DNA from: Pocillopora damicornis
Lineage: Eukaryota
Assembly: GCF_003704095.1 (NCBI RefSeq)
Contig: NW_020845867.1
Location: 434,001-498,000 of the forward strand
Direction of reading: 5' to 3'
Length of the DNA stretch: 64,000 nt
Position numbers and translations under genes: made by a program. The notes below the pieces were generated by a model. It searched no databases. It was not told where the DNA came from and worked only from the letters and a program-made list of their open reading frames with translations. Positions 62,421 through 64,000 of the stretch are shown in pieces; positions within the stretch are counted from its first letter, which is position 1, and every line of letters starts with the position of its first letter.

Positions 62421-64000
62421 CTGACGTCACTACAAATCATATTTATAATGTATATACATACACTAACACACTAACATAAGTCTGTCGATGTATTGGCACA
62501 AGTTCCCAGGATGGGCCTTTTTTAAAATAAGATGGGTAACCGAGATGGTCCTGGTAGCGGGACGAGTTTCTTATGCTTCTAATATGGGACATTTCAACTT
62601 GGTAACCAATGTGCAACGAACAATACACGATCTTTTAAGCTTCACTTGGGTTTCCGTGATCTTTGTCATGGAAGCAAAGATCTCCGTAGCTGCACCAGCT
62701 CATCTCCTTGCATGAATACGTCGAAAATTTTACAAAGTGAACAATAGCGGGGAAGATCATAGAAACCAAACCATATAAGTTATCCAGGTGCATATGTCTT
62801 AAGAAGGCTCTTCTGGGCTGGCCCAAGACGATTTTTTTCATAACGTTCTAGCCTGCAAATTCTTTGATGAGTAGATGCTACTACAATTTTTTGGTGAATT
62901 TGTGTCTGTTTTCAATGTTAACCCCAGTTTTCAATGAATTCTACTTTACCACCCCTTCCTTTAAGTTCCTTACAGCAGTCAAATAGGCCCGAGACTTAAT
63001 AATAAAGTTCTTTATAGACATGTTCTCTCCATTTTTAAAACTAAACAATGCGCACTCAGGTATCACAGATTTTTGCCAAAGAATATTCATGGCTTCATAT
63101 AATTTAATCTTTTAAGGATTCAAAATCCCTGGCCGATATTGGAAACATAAAAGGCAGATGGATCCTACAGCTTTTTTTGGAATACCGGTCTTTGTTGACT
63201 CTTTTGATTTCCGTCCTATTATTATGGCAGTATTACGTCAAATTATTTCTTCGTGATATTTCTATTTACACTATATCATAGTCCTTTCCAGAATAAAGAA
63301 AGATAAATTTAATTTGTTCTGCTCAATTATGCGTCTTCTTCCTATTCATCCTTTTCATCTTGGATATGAATGTTTAATGAATCGGCTCTCCTTTGGTCAA
63401 GTGTTATCAGGTTGTTCAATACATGACATAAACTTCTTGCATACATAGAGAGCACGTTTGTCATTTGAAAATCAGTATGAAAAGAATATTAGCATGAATT
63501 ATTGATTAAAATAACAGCAAAAATTAAAAAAAAAAAGGTTCAAAGAGCAAACCTTTATGTGAATCCGTGAATGAGAGTAACAGCGAGTTAAAAGAAAATT
63601 TACTGTAAAAGCTGGGATAAGCAGTTGAATATTGCAGATAAGACAATTTCTAAATGGGGAAGGAAGGTCGGGTATAGTAGTCATTGTTTCATCATTTTTC
63701 ATCTTCAATTTTTTTAAATTTTATTTTTACCAACACAGTCAGCTTTTCTTGTCTCATTCAGGCGAGCTGATATTGTAAACCGAGGACACCTTAAGTTTTG
63801 ATGAAGACATTGTCGCCGTGATAGATCAATTGGTTTAACCTGGAAACCTATTTTCCTTCTGCACATCATCGACTTTGGGCTTATCTCCATTTACAAGAGA
63901 ACTAAAAAGAAGACTTTTCCACCGTTACAGGTCTCATCTTAACCGTCTTTGAGATATCAATTATTCACCTCATTTCTATGAATTAATGCGCTTCAGTCGC

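Overview
AT-rich, intron-containing animal genomic DNA with several N-gaps. The gene content and repeat types suggest a stony coral (inference). I assembled the genes by hand from splice sites and reading-frame phase. In order they are: a secreted phospholipase A2 (5 exons, one GC-AG intron), tRNA-Lys(CTT), a TSSK-like kinase, an Aplysia/CD38-type ADP-ribosyl cyclase (minus strand, 7 exons), a Penelope-like RT fragment with a minimal hammerhead motif, and an SLC1/EAAT transporter (7 exons). From about 28 to 62.4 kb there is a tandem array of compact (~485 aa) ionotropic-receptor-like genes, interrupted by one intronless class A GPCR. Each array gene encodes signal peptide - S1 binding lobe - M1 - pore loop with an intact K+ filter TTVGYGD - M3 (FTANVTSAL) - S2 lobe - M4 - C-terminal coiled coil, with no amino-terminal domain. 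This GluR0-like family with a diverged ligand pocket is the standout feature. Three copies are intact (B, C, E). Two carry in-frame TGA codons (A, D), and one is a truncated fragment. Whether the family is already described cannot be checked here.
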